A stretch of DNA of 64,000 nt from Ruminococcus sp. (GCA_045647135.1 JAZRMA010000016.1:2889-66888); one strand, 5' to 3'. Positions 42,704 to 52,570 are shown, counted from the first letter of the stretch. The notes: generated by a model from the sequence alone, not told the origin. Program-made: numbers and translations.

Positions 42704-43948
42704 ATGGAAGGAAAAACAAAGCGTCTTACCATAATCTTTGCGTTGATAATGGTGTTTATTTTTGTGCTTGTTCTGGTTTTCGGTCTTGTCGGAAAAAACA
42801 AAGGGGACGATAGTGCAGAGAATGTGACCGAACGCACAACCGAGGTGGTTACAGAGGAAGTTTTTGCTACTCAGAAAGAGGAATTTGTTGAGCCTGAAGA
42901 AAAAGATACTCTTACGCTTTCTTTTATCGGTGACTGTATTATCGGTAGCGAATCGGGTAAAATCAACGATGGTAATTTTTCTTATATGGCGGCAAACTCT
43001 CCTCATACCTATTTCTTTGAGAAGGTAGTTAGTGAACTTTCAAAGGACGATTTTACAATTGCAAATATGGAGTGTGTTATTACCGACCGAGACCTTGAAA
43101 AGATCGGCAAGGACTATGACCCTGCTTTCTGGTACAAAACACCTACCTCCAATACGGATATACTCACTCTGGGCTCGGTAGAGGTTACAGGTATTGTTAA
43201 TAATCATATTGGCGACTATGGTGATGACGGTTATGATGATACTGTTGTGGCACTTAAATCTCATGGTTTGCAGGTGGGCGAAAACCTTAAGCCCCTTTAC
43301 ATAGAGAAAAACGGAATTAAAATCGGACTTCTCTGCTGTAACCTTTGGAGCAGTTACAATGTTTCTTATATAGAAGAAGCTTTGGAGACTATGCAGGATG
43401 AGTGCGAGTATAAGATTGTATTCTTCCACGGCGGCGAAGAAGGAATCCATGAGCCTGATAACTATAAAATAGATGCTTGCAGATATTTGGCAAATTCGGG
43501 ACTTTGCGACCTTATCGTAGGCAGTCATCCCCATGTGCTTCAGCCTATGGAGGTTGTAAACGATGTGCCCATCCTTTATTCCTTGGGTAATTTCTGCTAC
43601 TCAGCTGCGAATTATCCCGATAATCAGACTGTGATTTTCAGAGTAGAGCTTAAAAAGGAAGAAAATAAGATTAATACGGAAACAGATCTTATTCCTTGCT
43701 ATGTGTACACAGGATATATGAATAATTATCAGCCTATGATTATGCCTGAAGGCGAGGACAGAAAAAATACTCTGGCACTTATGAACAGCAAGGTTCAGTA
43801 CAGAGTAGAAACAACATCCTCTGAATTGGAGCCTACAACAGAAGAGCCTACTTTACCGCCCATAGAAACTCTGCCTGCTGACGACTCTGTGCAGGATGAT
43901 TACTATGGAGACGAAGATGGATTCCAGGGTGTGCCCATGCCTTATTGA
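42704..43948 (+). CDS. CapA/PgsA-family membrane-anchored metallophosphoesterase
   Basis: N-terminal TM; GD, NME, NNHIGDYG, HGG, GSHPH, YSLGNF motifs. Confidence 0.88.
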   Translation: MEGKTKRLTIIFALIMVFIFVLVLVFGLVGKNKGDDSAENVTERTTEVVTEEVFATQKEEFVEPEEKDTLTLSFIGDCIIGSESGKINDGNFSYMAANSPHTYFFEKVVSELSKDDFTIANMECVITDRDLEKIGKDYDPAFWYKTPTSNTDILTLGSVEVTGIVNNHIGDYGDDGYDDTVVALKSHGLQVGENLKPLYIEKNGIKIGLLCCNLWSSYNVSYIEEALETMQDECEYKIVFFHGGEEGIHEPDNYKIDACRYLANSGLCDLIVGSHPHVLQPMEVVNDVPILYSLGNFCYSAANYPDNQTVIFRVELKKEENKINTETDLIPCYVYTGYMNNYQPMIMPEGEDRKNTLALMNSKVQYRVETTSSELEPTTEEPTLPPIETLPADDSVQDDYYGDEDGFQGVPMPY

Positions 43949-44045
43949 CAAGAAAAAAGAGCAAATAAAAATTTTTGAAAAAGATATTGAAATTACAAAG
44001 AGTTTGTGATAATATAGTCGGGTAGCACAAATATGTGTGAACTTT

Positions 44046-44121
<76 letters not shown>

Positions 44122-44122
44122 G

Positions 44123-44149
44123 AAAAGGACTACTCAGGTAGTCCTTTTT
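44123..44149 (+). terminator. tRNA terminator
   Basis: AAAAGGACTAC-tcag-GTAGTCCTTTTT. Confidence 0.85.
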
Positions 44150-44331
44150 CTTTTTCTGCAGAACACGAAAGGTTTACTTACAATCGGATTTGTTGATTGC
44201 GTCAGTAAGGTAGCGCAGTTAAATATGAAGAAAACGAAACAATGTGTTACATTTTGGAAATGTTTGTTGACTTTATCAAAATGTAGTGATATGATGGCTA
44301 TAGAGAAATTTGCAGAAAAGGAGGCGAAATT

Positions 44332-44535
44332 ATGAAAAAAATTATTGCTCTTGTAATGGTAGTTCTTCTTGCTATCGGTGTTCTCTGCGGTTGTGCATCT
44401 ATGAGAAAGTGCGATTCTTGCGGTGCAAAGGGTGCAGGCAACAAATACGAAGGCAAACACCTCTGTGATAACTGCTACTCTATCGTTGAGGCTGCTCAGA
44501 ATCTTGGCAATCTTGACCTCGGCAGTCTTTCTTAA
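44332..44535 (+). CDS. Small lipoprotein with CxxC...CxxC motif
   Basis: Signal peptide and lipobox VLCG-C; CDSC and CDNC; AAGGAGG RBS; promoter TTGACT-17-TATGAT at 44267-44295. Confidence 0.8.
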   Translation: MKKIIALVMVVLLAIGVLCGCASMRKCDSCGAKGAGNKYEGKHLCDNCYSIVEAAQNLGNLDLGSLS

Positions 44536-44591
44536 TCAATAAAGCGAACAAAAAGACCTTATCTTTGTTAAGTCAAAGGTAAGGTCTCTTT

Positions 44592-44792
44592 TTATTCTTC
44601 AATATATTCCATTATGTCCTCAACTTTGCAGTTAAGGATTTTGCAAAAGGTGTCTATGGTGTGGGTGCTGACGCTTTCGTTTCTTTTAAGCCTTGTTATC
44701 TGTGCGGGGCTTATTTTATATGTTTTAATCAGAGTGTACTGGGTAACACCTTTCTCTTTCATTGTATGCCACAGTTTATCGTAAACAATCAT
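44592..44792 (-). CDS. Cro/C1-type (XRE) HTH regulator
   Basis: IVYDKLW...TQYTL...ITRLKRNESVS...ILNCKVEDIME. Confidence 0.88.
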   Translation of the reverse strand: MIVYDKLWHTMKEKGVTQYTLIKTYKISPAQITRLKRNESVSTHTIDTFCKILNCKVEDIMEYIEE

Positions 44793-44826
44793 ACTTTGCA
44801 AGCCTCACTTATATGTAAAGTTCCAC

Positions 44827-44880
44827 TTGCATATTAACCGATTATGGTGTATAATCATATTAACCAATATCGGTTAATAT
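44827..44880 (+). promoter_or_regulatory. SigA promoter overlapped by two palindromic operators
   Basis: TTGCAT-17-TATAAT (44827-44855); ATATTAACC-6-GGTTAATAT (44857-44880) and an imperfect copy starting at 44831. Confidence 0.75.
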
Positions 44881-44899
44881 ATTCAAAGGGGCGTTTTGT

Positions 44900-45478
44900 A
44901 TGAGTTGGTTTTTGGCAGTTATAATAAATCTTTTCTTTTTTGCTTGGGCGGCGGGTTTTGTTGGCTATGGAATAATGATGCTTTTTTCACGGACATACAA
45001 ATCTAATTTTAGCGCGAGGATTGGAGGCGTTGTTTTCATAGCTATAGGTTTGATTGGTGCTTGGATGACAAAATTCTTGTTTGATAGATTCCCTGCTAAC
45101 AATCGGACTAATATGATATTGTTAACATTGGGTATTTTTGCGTTTGTTGGTCTTGTGATAGGATCAATTTATATCAAGGGCGACGTAATGATAGGAGGTC
45201 TGTTTGAAAAGAGATCAGATAAATTTCGAAAGGTTTTTGGTATTGTTTTAATAGTTATTGCTCTGATTTTTGCGTCCATAAGTATTATTGGCGGAATTTC
45301 TGAGAATAAGGGTAATGATAATTCGAAAACTACCTGCGGGGTTTGTCATAGAACCTTCAAAGAAGGTAGTGATAACGCAAGAAGCATTGCAAGGAGCAAT
45401 ATGTGCGAAAATTGTCACGACAACTTTGAGTGGAGACAAGAAGTTCAGGATTATATCGATAATCAGCCCGTTGACTGA
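44900..45478 (+). CDS. Four-TM membrane protein with C-terminal CxxCH...CxxCH domain
   Basis: Four hydrophobic segments; CGVCH and CENCH. Confidence 0.78.
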   Translation: MSWFLAVIINLFFFAWAAGFVGYGIMMLFSRTYKSNFSARIGGVVFIAIGLIGAWMTKFLFDRFPANNRTNMILLTLGIFAFVGLVIGSIYIKGDVMIGGLFEKRSDKFRKVFGIVLIVIALIFASISIIGGISENKGNDNSKTTCGVCHRTFKEGSDNARSIARSNMCENCHDNFEWRQEVQDYIDNQPVD

Positions 45479-45538
45479 TTTGCGACATAAATAAGATAAG
45501 GGAGCGGATAAAAAATCCGCTCCCTTTTTAGTGCAAAA

Positions 45539-46348
45539 TTATAAATTGATTTTAAAAAGCTTTACTGCGTTTTTATACATAATCTTATCGTAGGTTTCTT
45601 CGGAAACCTTTTCTTTGAATTCATTAAAATATTCCTGATACAGACTGCGGTCCCCGCGGCCGTTGTTAAGGTAGGTGTCTTTGCCGTCGATGGGGGAGTC
45701 GGAGCCGAAGAGCAGGCGGTCATCTCCGCATTTGTTTATGAATTCCAGAGCGCTTTTGGTGCTTACCCAAGTTGTGTCGCCGTAAAGATTTTCTCGCTGT
45801 GCACAAAGTTCGATTGCCTCTTTGTTATCAGAGCCAAGACCCAAGTGTACCATTACAAAGGGAATTTTTGTGTATATCTTTGCCATTTCAAAAAGTCGCT
45901 GAGGGTTATCGTCGTAGCCTGTGCCTGTATGACTTACAACAGGTAAATTAAGCTCTGCGGCAAGGTCGATGTATTTTCTTGATTCCTCGGATGTAAAGGC
46001 ACAGCCGGCGTGATAGGGGTGGAACTTGAGAGCCTTTATAATATCAAGATTTTTTTCGATAAGTGTGCGAAGTTCGGGTGTAATATCCTCCATGGGCTTG
46101 ACCCAGTGCATAATACCGATTTTTTTGGGATTTTCCCTTGCGAATTTAATTGATCTTTCAAGACATTCGATTTGAGATTTTTGAAATTCCTTGGGAATAA
46201 GATTTCGTTCGTGGTCGTGGGATGCAACCTCGGTGTTAGAAACAATTGCATAGTCTATGCCGTATTTATCTATTGAATATAGCACATCTTCTTCTGTCAT
46301 ATGAAATCCCAGACCTGTGCCTATGTGTACGTGAGTGTCGATAATCAT
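45539..46348 (-). CDS. Amidohydrolase_2-family metallohydrolase
   Basis: IIDTHVH, KFHP, SHTG, VHLG, LLFGSDSP. Confidence 0.88.
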   Translation of the reverse strand: MIIDTHVHIGTGLGFHMTEEDVLYSIDKYGIDYAIVSNTEVASHDHERNLIPKEFQKSQIECLERSIKFARENPKKIGIMHWVKPMEDITPELRTLIEKNLDIIKALKFHPYHAGCAFTSEESRKYIDLAAELNLPVVSHTGTGYDDNPQRLFEMAKIYTKIPFVMVHLGLGSDNKEAIELCAQRENLYGDTTWVSTKSALEFINKCGDDRLLFGSDSPIDGKDTYLNNGRGDRSLYQEYFNEFKEKVSEETYDKIMYKNAVKLFKINL

Positions 46349-46459
46349 AAGAAAACTCCTTTCTTTTTTGCCTTTTAATTATAACACAAATCAATGATTA
46401 TATAAAGAGGAGTTTGCAAAATTAAAGCCGTCGGGAAAATCCGACGACTTTTGTGCATT

Positions 46460-47200
46460 TTATTTGAACATAGAAACAGGGTCGATACCGCTTTCTTTGG
46501 AGGCGGCAGACGCACACACTACATAAACATCACCAATTTTGCAACCGAATACGCTGACATTTGCATTTTCGGTGGTTGCATCAACCTTGTAGTATTTTTC
46601 ACCACCAAAGGAGGCAGAACCTGTTTCGGAATTTGTCAGGTCAAGTCCGAAGGATGAGGTTGCAAGTAACTCTACGGATTCTTCCAGATTTTTGTCCTTA
46701 AGGTCTGCGTTGTTTGCATCGAGCAGCATAACAATAACGTTTGCATCAAGGATGTTGTCACTTGATACAAGCTGAGCGTACATATCGTAAACAACACCAG
46801 ATGTCTTTAAAGTGGACGCAAGCTTGTCGTTTTTAAGGTCAGCCTCTGTAACGCCTAACAAAGTGGCTATATCAGCATCGCTTAAAAAGTTCCACTTTTC
46901 GTCAGCGGTAAAGGAAAGACCCGAGAATGCGCTCATATAGATGTTGTCGGAAACAGTACCGCGGAAAATTTCTGTTTCGCCTGCTTCGATTACAGCCCCG
47001 CCTTCGGGAAGAGTAGTGTCAGCGGTGGTTGTGGGAGCAGTAGAAGGGGCAGTGGTGGTAGTAACAACGGCATCGGTTGCAGGAGCTGTTGTTTCGGGAG
47101 CGATAGTTGTGGTTGTGTTCTCGTTTGAGTTGTCTTTGCCGCAGGCTGCAAAAGAAAGGAGCATCATAGCAGCAAGAAGAATTGCAAATAATTTTTTCAT
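46460..47200 (-). CDS. Lipoprotein (paralogue 3) with Thr/Pro linker
   Basis: Lipobox FAA-C; motif RG-x4-NIY...W-x-F shared with neighbours. Confidence 0.82.
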   Translation of the reverse strand: MKKLFAILLAAMMLLSFAACGKDNSNENTTTTIAPETTAPATDAVVTTTTAPSTAPTTTADTTLPEGGAVIEAGETEIFRGTVSDNIYMSAFSGLSFTADEKWNFLSDADIATLLGVTEADLKNDKLASTLKTSGVVYDMYAQLVSSDNILDANVIVMLLDANNADLKDKNLEESVELLATSSFGLDLTNSETGSASFGGEKYYKVDATTENANVSVFGCKIGDVYVVCASAASKESGIDPVSMFK

Positions 47201-47240
47201 TTCGTATTTCCTCCGTTTTTATTTAATATTATCCGAAATA

Positions 47241-47852
47241 TTATCCGAAGCAAGCTTCACAATCTGCTACGGTGTATTCGTCAGTACAAGCGGCAACAAT
47301 AAGAATGGTTGCACTTGCTTTTTTTCTGCCGTAAAAGGTAGCATAGCCTGTGGCTCCGGTATTTGTTTTTGTTGTGGCGCAAAGTCTGAGGTAAGTTTCG
47401 CCGCAGAGGTTAACCTCTTCGCTTGTAATGCCTGCGCTTGTGTCCAGTGTGGTTTCTCCGATCATAGCGCGAAGAAGCTCATCTGTGTTTGAAAAATTTT
47501 TAAATTCCTCGTGGTTGTTGTTTACAAAAAGCACACCCACAGAGTGAGTTCCGTCCGAGGAATAGCAGGTCATATCGTATGCTATTCCGATTTCGTCGAA
47601 GATTTCGTTGAGCCTTTCGGAGTCAAGGAGCTTGCCTGCGTGCTCTGTGTTGGAGAGAAGCTCTTCGTTGGATGCAAAGGTCCAGTCTGACGGGGCTGTG
47701 TAGGTGAGGTCTGCAAAGGAGTTTGTATATACTCTGTTTTCTGTTTCTCCTCGTACAAGCATTGCTTTGGCAGAATCATCTCCGTTATCTTTACAAGCAC
47801 AAAGGGATAGGATAAGCAAAAGACACAGCATAGCTGAAAGAAGTTTTTTCAT
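47241..47852 (-). CDS. Lipoprotein (paralogue 2)
   Basis: Lipobox LCA-C; RGETENRVYTNSFADLTYTAPSDWTF. Confidence 0.82.
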   Translation of the reverse strand: MKKLLSAMLCLLLILSLCACKDNGDDSAKAMLVRGETENRVYTNSFADLTYTAPSDWTFASNEELLSNTEHAGKLLDSERLNEIFDEIGIAYDMTCYSSDGTHSVGVLFVNNNHEEFKNFSNTDELLRAMIGETTLDTSAGITSEEVNLCGETYLRLCATTKTNTGATGYATFYGRKKASATILIVAACTDEYTVADCEACFG

Positions 47853-47955
47853 ATTTTGGCCTCCTTATTACAATAGAAAGTTTAGCACTCCCTTTAAAAT
47901 AAGTCAACTGCACACTTTAAGAAAAATCGGGCAGGATTATTCCTGCCCGAAAAAG

Positions 47956-48564
47956 TCAGCTTAGCATTGAGTCAAAGTCAATTAATTCTGCGTTGATTGA
48001 AGGTACGGTTGCATAAATCTGCACCATATAATCGTCAACACCTCGCAGATAAACATACTTGGTTAAGGGGTTGTTTTTGTCTTGAATTTCAATAGTTACT
48101 TTTATGTAAGTGTTGCCGCCGATTGTGATTTCGCTTTCGTCAATAAATGTAGAATATGGGCTGTATTCAAGAGCAGCCTGAAGCACATCGGTTACATATT
48201 CTTTGGCAGTCAGGGTCTTGCCCGCAGTTGCGGTTAAGTTTTCAAAGGCAATATATATGCTGCCGTTGGTGCGGTGATCAACAGCCATCATATCGAATTC
48301 TTCACCTTGAATCTTGACTGCATCCTGAGGAAGAAATTCCCAACCGTCAGGTTTTGTGAGGGTAAGGTTTAAATAGGCGTTTTTGTATACATTGCCGTTT
48401 ATTTCACCTTTTGTGGGGTCTTTCGGTGTTTCTGAGGCTAAGCTGTTGGTTACATAATTGGTTGCGTGATTGTGATTGTCACCGCTTGAGCTTAGCTGAT
48501 TGTTGCAGCCCGTAAGGAAAAAAACAATCAGCATAGAAAAAATAACAGGTAAAAACTTTTTCAT
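47956..48564 (-). CDS. Lipoprotein (paralogue 1)
   Basis: Lipobox LTG-C; KGEINGNVYKNAYLNLTLTKPDGWEF. Confidence 0.82.
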   Translation of the reverse strand: MKKFLPVIFSMLIVFFLTGCNNQLSSSGDNHNHATNYVTNSLASETPKDPTKGEINGNVYKNAYLNLTLTKPDGWEFLPQDAVKIQGEEFDMMAVDHRTNGSIYIAFENLTATAGKTLTAKEYVTDVLQAALEYSPYSTFIDESEITIGGNTYIKVTIEIQDKNNPLTKYVYLRGVDDYMVQIYATVPSINAELIDFDSMLS

Positions 48565-48573
48565 AAAAACCTC

Positions 48574-50589
48574 TTACTGAATAAGATAAGGTGTCTTTTC
48601 GTTGATGATTGCGTTGCCTGCAGACATTCCTGCACACCATTTCTGAATCGCTGTTGCATCGCGGATGTTGAGGACATCAGAGGTGATTACATTACCGCAG
48701 AAGGATTGTTTTGAGGTAAGAGTTGTAATACCTGCAAGGCCCTTCTGAATGAGGGTGGCATCCTTAACATTGATGGTGCCCGAAAGGTCGGTGTCTCCCA
48801 TAAGAACAGTTTCTGCAAAATCAGCCTTGATCCATCTTGCGTATACTGCAAGGTTAGAGTCAAAAACAACCGTATCCTTTGTGATTTTTGCTCCGCCGGA
48901 TTTGGATGTGTACCAGCCTTTGAATGCATAACCTGTACGGGTGGGAGTGGGAAGCTCACCATAGGTTGAGCCTACTGTATATTCTTTTGTGTAAAGCAGG
49001 TCTGAGGTTTCGTTCTGAGTTGGAGCAGATGCGTTTGAATCGGTGAGACTGATGTCGGAAATATAGAAAGTACCTGCTTTGTCAAAATAAGGATGCATAT
49101 GAGCGCCATCGTTTACCTGCTTGGACATATCAATGGTGTATTCCTGCCATTGTGTAGAGAGGGTAATAGAGGTAGTGTCGGATGTATAACCCCAACGGAT
49201 GAACATTTTTGCTCCGTCAACAGAGGACTTTGCTCTGAATCGGAGAAGCATGGATTTGTTGTCGCCTGCATTGAAGTTGTAGTTGGGACTCTTGTTTGTC
49301 TGGGTTTTAAAGAGCAGATCTTTGCCTGATGCACCTGCTGTTTTGCCCTCGATAACAAGGGAGGAAGAAGAATTGAGATCTTCGTAAAGGCTTACTGTAT
49401 AAACAGAGTTATCTCTGCTCTGATAATATTGCTCGAAGTTGTCCTTGTCAAAAGACATCATATAGTTTGTGTCTGAGTGGTTGCCGTAGAAATCAAGAGT
49501 GGTTTTTGTGGGTTTCCATATAGGATAGAACACAAAACCGGTACCCATAATACCTCCATCACGAAGCCACTCGGCACCGAAGCCGTAGGTTTCGCCGGGA
49601 GTGTACACTTTTCTTTCGTAGTTGTTGTTGCGGATATTCTGTAGTGACTGCCAGCCTGCTGCATTACAGTACCAAGCGTTGTCGCTTGTGCGGCATACAT
49701 TATAGCCTGCAAAGGTATAACCTGTGTAGTTAAAGGAGTTTTCGGGAATTGCGATGGTATCTCCGTATTTAATGTTCATAGCACTCATACTGCCTGTGCC
49801 GCCGTTTGCATTAAAAGAAAAGGAGGAAGAAGTTGCAAGAGCGTTTGTGGGATAGCAGATTTCCTGCACTTTGTTACCGCAATACTCAATCCAGGACTGG
49901 AGGTTTACATAACAGCTCATATAGTTTGTGCCGTTGGTTTTCAGGGTGTTGGAGTCAATCTGAGGCTTGTTTGCGTGTTTGTTGAAGTAAGTAGCAGAGT
50001 TTACCCACCAGTAGCCCGAGGAGGTGTTTGCTTTGTCCTTCTTAATCTCTAAAACTGTGAAGCCTTTGGGGTCGAGGGTGGTTGATGAACCTGAGTAACC
50101 GATTACAACAGAAGCGTGAGTACCTGTGTAAACGATAACGGGTTTGCCGAGAGCAAGTTGGTTATAAATTGCTTTATAGGTAGCAGCGTTTTTGCCGATG
50201 CCCTCGGTTACGCGGGTCATCTTGACAGGATATTTTTTTGTAAGGTTGTTTGCGTTGTTAGCGTAAGTTGAGCTGTCAAGAGTCTTGCAGAACTTTGACA
50301 AAGCATCTCCACGACTCAGGTAATTATAATCCTGACCGGGAACACGGTAGTTTGTTGTTACACCGCCATAGGTGTAGGAGCCGAGGCAGTAGCCCTGAAC
50401 GGTTGCCATACTTGCCCAGTAGCAATGACCTTCTGTGTCTGTATGGGGCTGATACACTCGGGAAATCTGCAGAGCAGGAATCTTTGCATAGGTTGCGGCA
50501 GAGGTTTCTACCACAGAAAGTGTAGCAAAGGCAGACATAATCATTATCAGCGTAAGTATAACAGATAAAACAGATTTAAATTTTTTCAT
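48574..50589 (-). CDS. Secreted modular protein: papain/C39-like domain, InlB-B/Flg_new repeats, CBM-like module, C-terminal dockerin
   Basis: Signal peptide; CYWAS and HASVVIGY; FNANGGTG, LPTPTRTGYAFKGWY; GDTDLSGTINVKDATLIQK. Confidence 0.78.
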   Translation of the reverse strand: MKKFKSVLSVILTLIMIMSAFATLSVVETSAATYAKIPALQISRVYQPHTDTEGHCYWASMATVQGYCLGSYTYGGVTTNYRVPGQDYNYLSRGDALSKFCKTLDSSTYANNANNLTKKYPVKMTRVTEGIGKNAATYKAIYNQLALGKPVIVYTGTHASVVIGYSGSSTTLDPKGFTVLEIKKDKANTSSGYWWVNSATYFNKHANKPQIDSNTLKTNGTNYMSCYVNLQSWIEYCGNKVQEICYPTNALATSSSFSFNANGGTGSMSAMNIKYGDTIAIPENSFNYTGYTFAGYNVCRTSDNAWYCNAAGWQSLQNIRNNNYERKVYTPGETYGFGAEWLRDGGIMGTGFVFYPIWKPTKTTLDFYGNHSDTNYMMSFDKDNFEQYYQSRDNSVYTVSLYEDLNSSSSLVIEGKTAGASGKDLLFKTQTNKSPNYNFNAGDNKSMLLRFRAKSSVDGAKMFIRWGYTSDTTSITLSTQWQEYTIDMSKQVNDGAHMHPYFDKAGTFYISDISLTDSNASAPTQNETSDLLYTKEYTVGSTYGELPTPTRTGYAFKGWYTSKSGGAKITKDTVVFDSNLAVYARWIKADFAETVLMGDTDLSGTINVKDATLIQKGLAGITTLTSKQSFCGNVITSDVLNIRDATAIQKWCAGMSAGNAIINEKTPYLIQ

Positions 50590-50822
50590 ACTTTGTGCCT
50601 CCTTAAAGCCATGTGATTTACACACAAAAATTATACAATGAAAAAATGATTACTGTCAATAAAAACGAGGGTAATATTTGACCTTTATGTAGCATATTTT
50701 ATAAACATTTTAAATTACTGCGATTTGTAGAGAAAAAACTATTGAAAAATAGGGGAAAATAGCATATAATGTCCCTGTATGAGTTATCTCAACTTTTAAT
50801 TTCAGAAAGGAGTAGCAACATA

Positions 50823-51515
50823 ATGAACTATTCTCATGAAGTACAGAAAATGTGTACTGTTGCAAAAGGACCCAAGCATGGTGCCGCACCCATTCCCGAA
50901 GAGGGCAAGTGGGTAAAATCCTATCAGATTTCCGACATTTCCGGTCTTTCTCACGGTGTAGGCTGGTGTGCACCCCAGCAGGGTACATGTAAGCTCACAC
51001 TCAACGTTAAGAACGGTATTGTGGAAGAGGCTCTTGTTGAGACTCTCGGTTGCTCCGGTATGACTCACTCCGCAGCTATGGCTGCAGAGATTCTTCCCGG
51101 TAAGACTCTCCTTGAGTGCCTTAACACAGACCTCGTTTGTGACGCTATCAACACAGCTATGAGAAACATCTTCGAGCAGCTCGCTTACGGCAGAAGCCAG
51201 ACAGCATTCTCCGAGGACGGTCTTCCCATCGGCGCAGGCCTTGAGGACCTTGGTAAGGGTCTTCGTTCTCAGGTTGGTACAATGTTCTCTACAAAGGACA
51301 AGGGTGTTCGTTACATGGAAATGGCAGAAGGCTATGTTCTTAAGACAGCTCTTGACGAGAACAATGAGGTTATCGGCTATCAGTTCGTTAAGCTCGGCAA
51401 GATGATGGAGGATATCCGTCACGGCATGAGCCCCGACGAGGCATATAAGAACAACATCGGTCAGTACGGTCGCTTCGATGGCGCAGCTAAGTACATTGAC
51501 CCTCGTGAAGAATAA
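50823..51515 (+). CDS. NifU/IscU-N-like protein associated with GGGtGRT genes
   Basis: GWCAPQQGTC, GCSGMTHS, LVCDA; start MNYSHE after AAGGAG; promoter TTGAAA-17-TATAAT at 50742-50770. Confidence 0.8.
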   Translation: MNYSHEVQKMCTVAKGPKHGAAPIPEEGKWVKSYQISDISGLSHGVGWCAPQQGTCKLTLNVKNGIVEEALVETLGCSGMTHSAAMAAEILPGKTLLECLNTDLVCDAINTAMRNIFEQLAYGRSQTAFSEDGLPIGAGLEDLGKGLRSQVGTMFSTKDKGVRYMEMAEGYVLKTALDENNEVIGYQFVKLGKMMEDIRHGMSPDEAYKNNIGQYGRFDGAAKYIDPREE

Positions 51516-51532
51516 TAAGGGAGGTTAAAGTA

Positions 51533-52537
51533 ATGGCTGTTACATTTGAAAGCATGGACAGAAGAATGCCCAAGATCAACGCTTGCATGGCTGAGTACGG
51601 CATCAAGGATCTTGAAGAGGCAAGAGCTATCTGTCTTGAAAAGGGTTTTGACCCCGATGAAATCGTAAAGGGCGTACAGCCCATCGCATTTGAGAACGCT
51701 TCCTGGGCATACACACTTGGTTGTGCAGTAGCAATCAAGAAGGGTTGCACAACAGCTGCTGACGCTGCTGAAGCAATCGGTATCGGTCTTGAGGCATTCT
51801 GTATCCCCGGCTCTGTTGCAGAGCAGAGAAACGTTGGTCTCGGCCACGGTAACCTCGGCGCAATGCTCCTCAGAGACGAGACAAAGTGCTTTGCATTCCT
51901 TGCAGGCCACGAGTCCTTTGCAGCTGCAGAGGGTGCTATCGGTATCGCAAGAAGTGCTAACAAGGCTCGTAAAGAGCCCCTCCGTGTTATCCTCAACGGT
52001 CTCGGTAAGGATGCTGCTTACATCATCTCCAGAATCAACGGCTTTACATATGTAGAGACAGAGTTCGATTATTTCACAGGCGAGCTCAAGGTTCTTGAGG
52101 AGAAGGCATTCTCCGAAGGCGAGAGAGCTGCAGTTCGTTGCTACGGCGCAGACGATGTTCGCGAAGGCGTAGCTATCATGCAGAAGGAAGATGTTGGTGT
52201 TTCCATCACAGGTAACTCCACTAACCCCACAAGATTCCAGCACCTCGTTGCAGGTACTTACAAGAAGTGGGCACTCGAGAACGGCGTTAAGTACTTCTCA
52301 GTAGCTTCCGGCGGCGGCACAGGCCGTACACTCCACCCCGATAACATGGGTGCAGGTCCTGCTTCCTATGGTCTTACAGACTCCATGGGTCGTATGCACG
52401 GCGACGCTCAGTTTGCAGGTTCTTCTTCTGTTCCTGCTCACGTTGAGATGATGGGCCTTATCGGTATGGGTAACAACCCCATGGTTGGTGCAACAGTTGC
52501 TTGCGCAGTTGCAGTTTACGAGGCAGCAAACAAGTAA
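51533..52537 (+). CDS. GGGtGRT family protein
   Basis: Signature ASGGGTGRTLHPDN; GHESFAAAEG. Confidence 0.93.
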   Translation: MAVTFESMDRRMPKINACMAEYGIKDLEEARAICLEKGFDPDEIVKGVQPIAFENASWAYTLGCAVAIKKGCTTAADAAEAIGIGLEAFCIPGSVAEQRNVGLGHGNLGAMLLRDETKCFAFLAGHESFAAAEGAIGIARSANKARKEPLRVILNGLGKDAAYIISRINGFTYVETEFDYFTGELKVLEEKAFSEGERAAVRCYGADDVREGVAIMQKEDVGVSITGNSTNPTRFQHLVAGTYKKWALENGVKYFSVASGGGTGRTLHPDNMGAGPASYGLTDSMGRMHGDAQFAGSSSVPAHVEMMGLIGMGNNPMVGATVACAVAVYEAANK

Positions 52538-52570
52538 TTTGAATTAATAATAATTACCGCAAGGTATAAG

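Noticed and set aside
50802-52243. Long minus-strand ORFs (206 and 260 aa)
   Set aside because: Antisense shadows of strongly codon-biased genes; the same applies to those over gyrA, lepA, aspS and asnB
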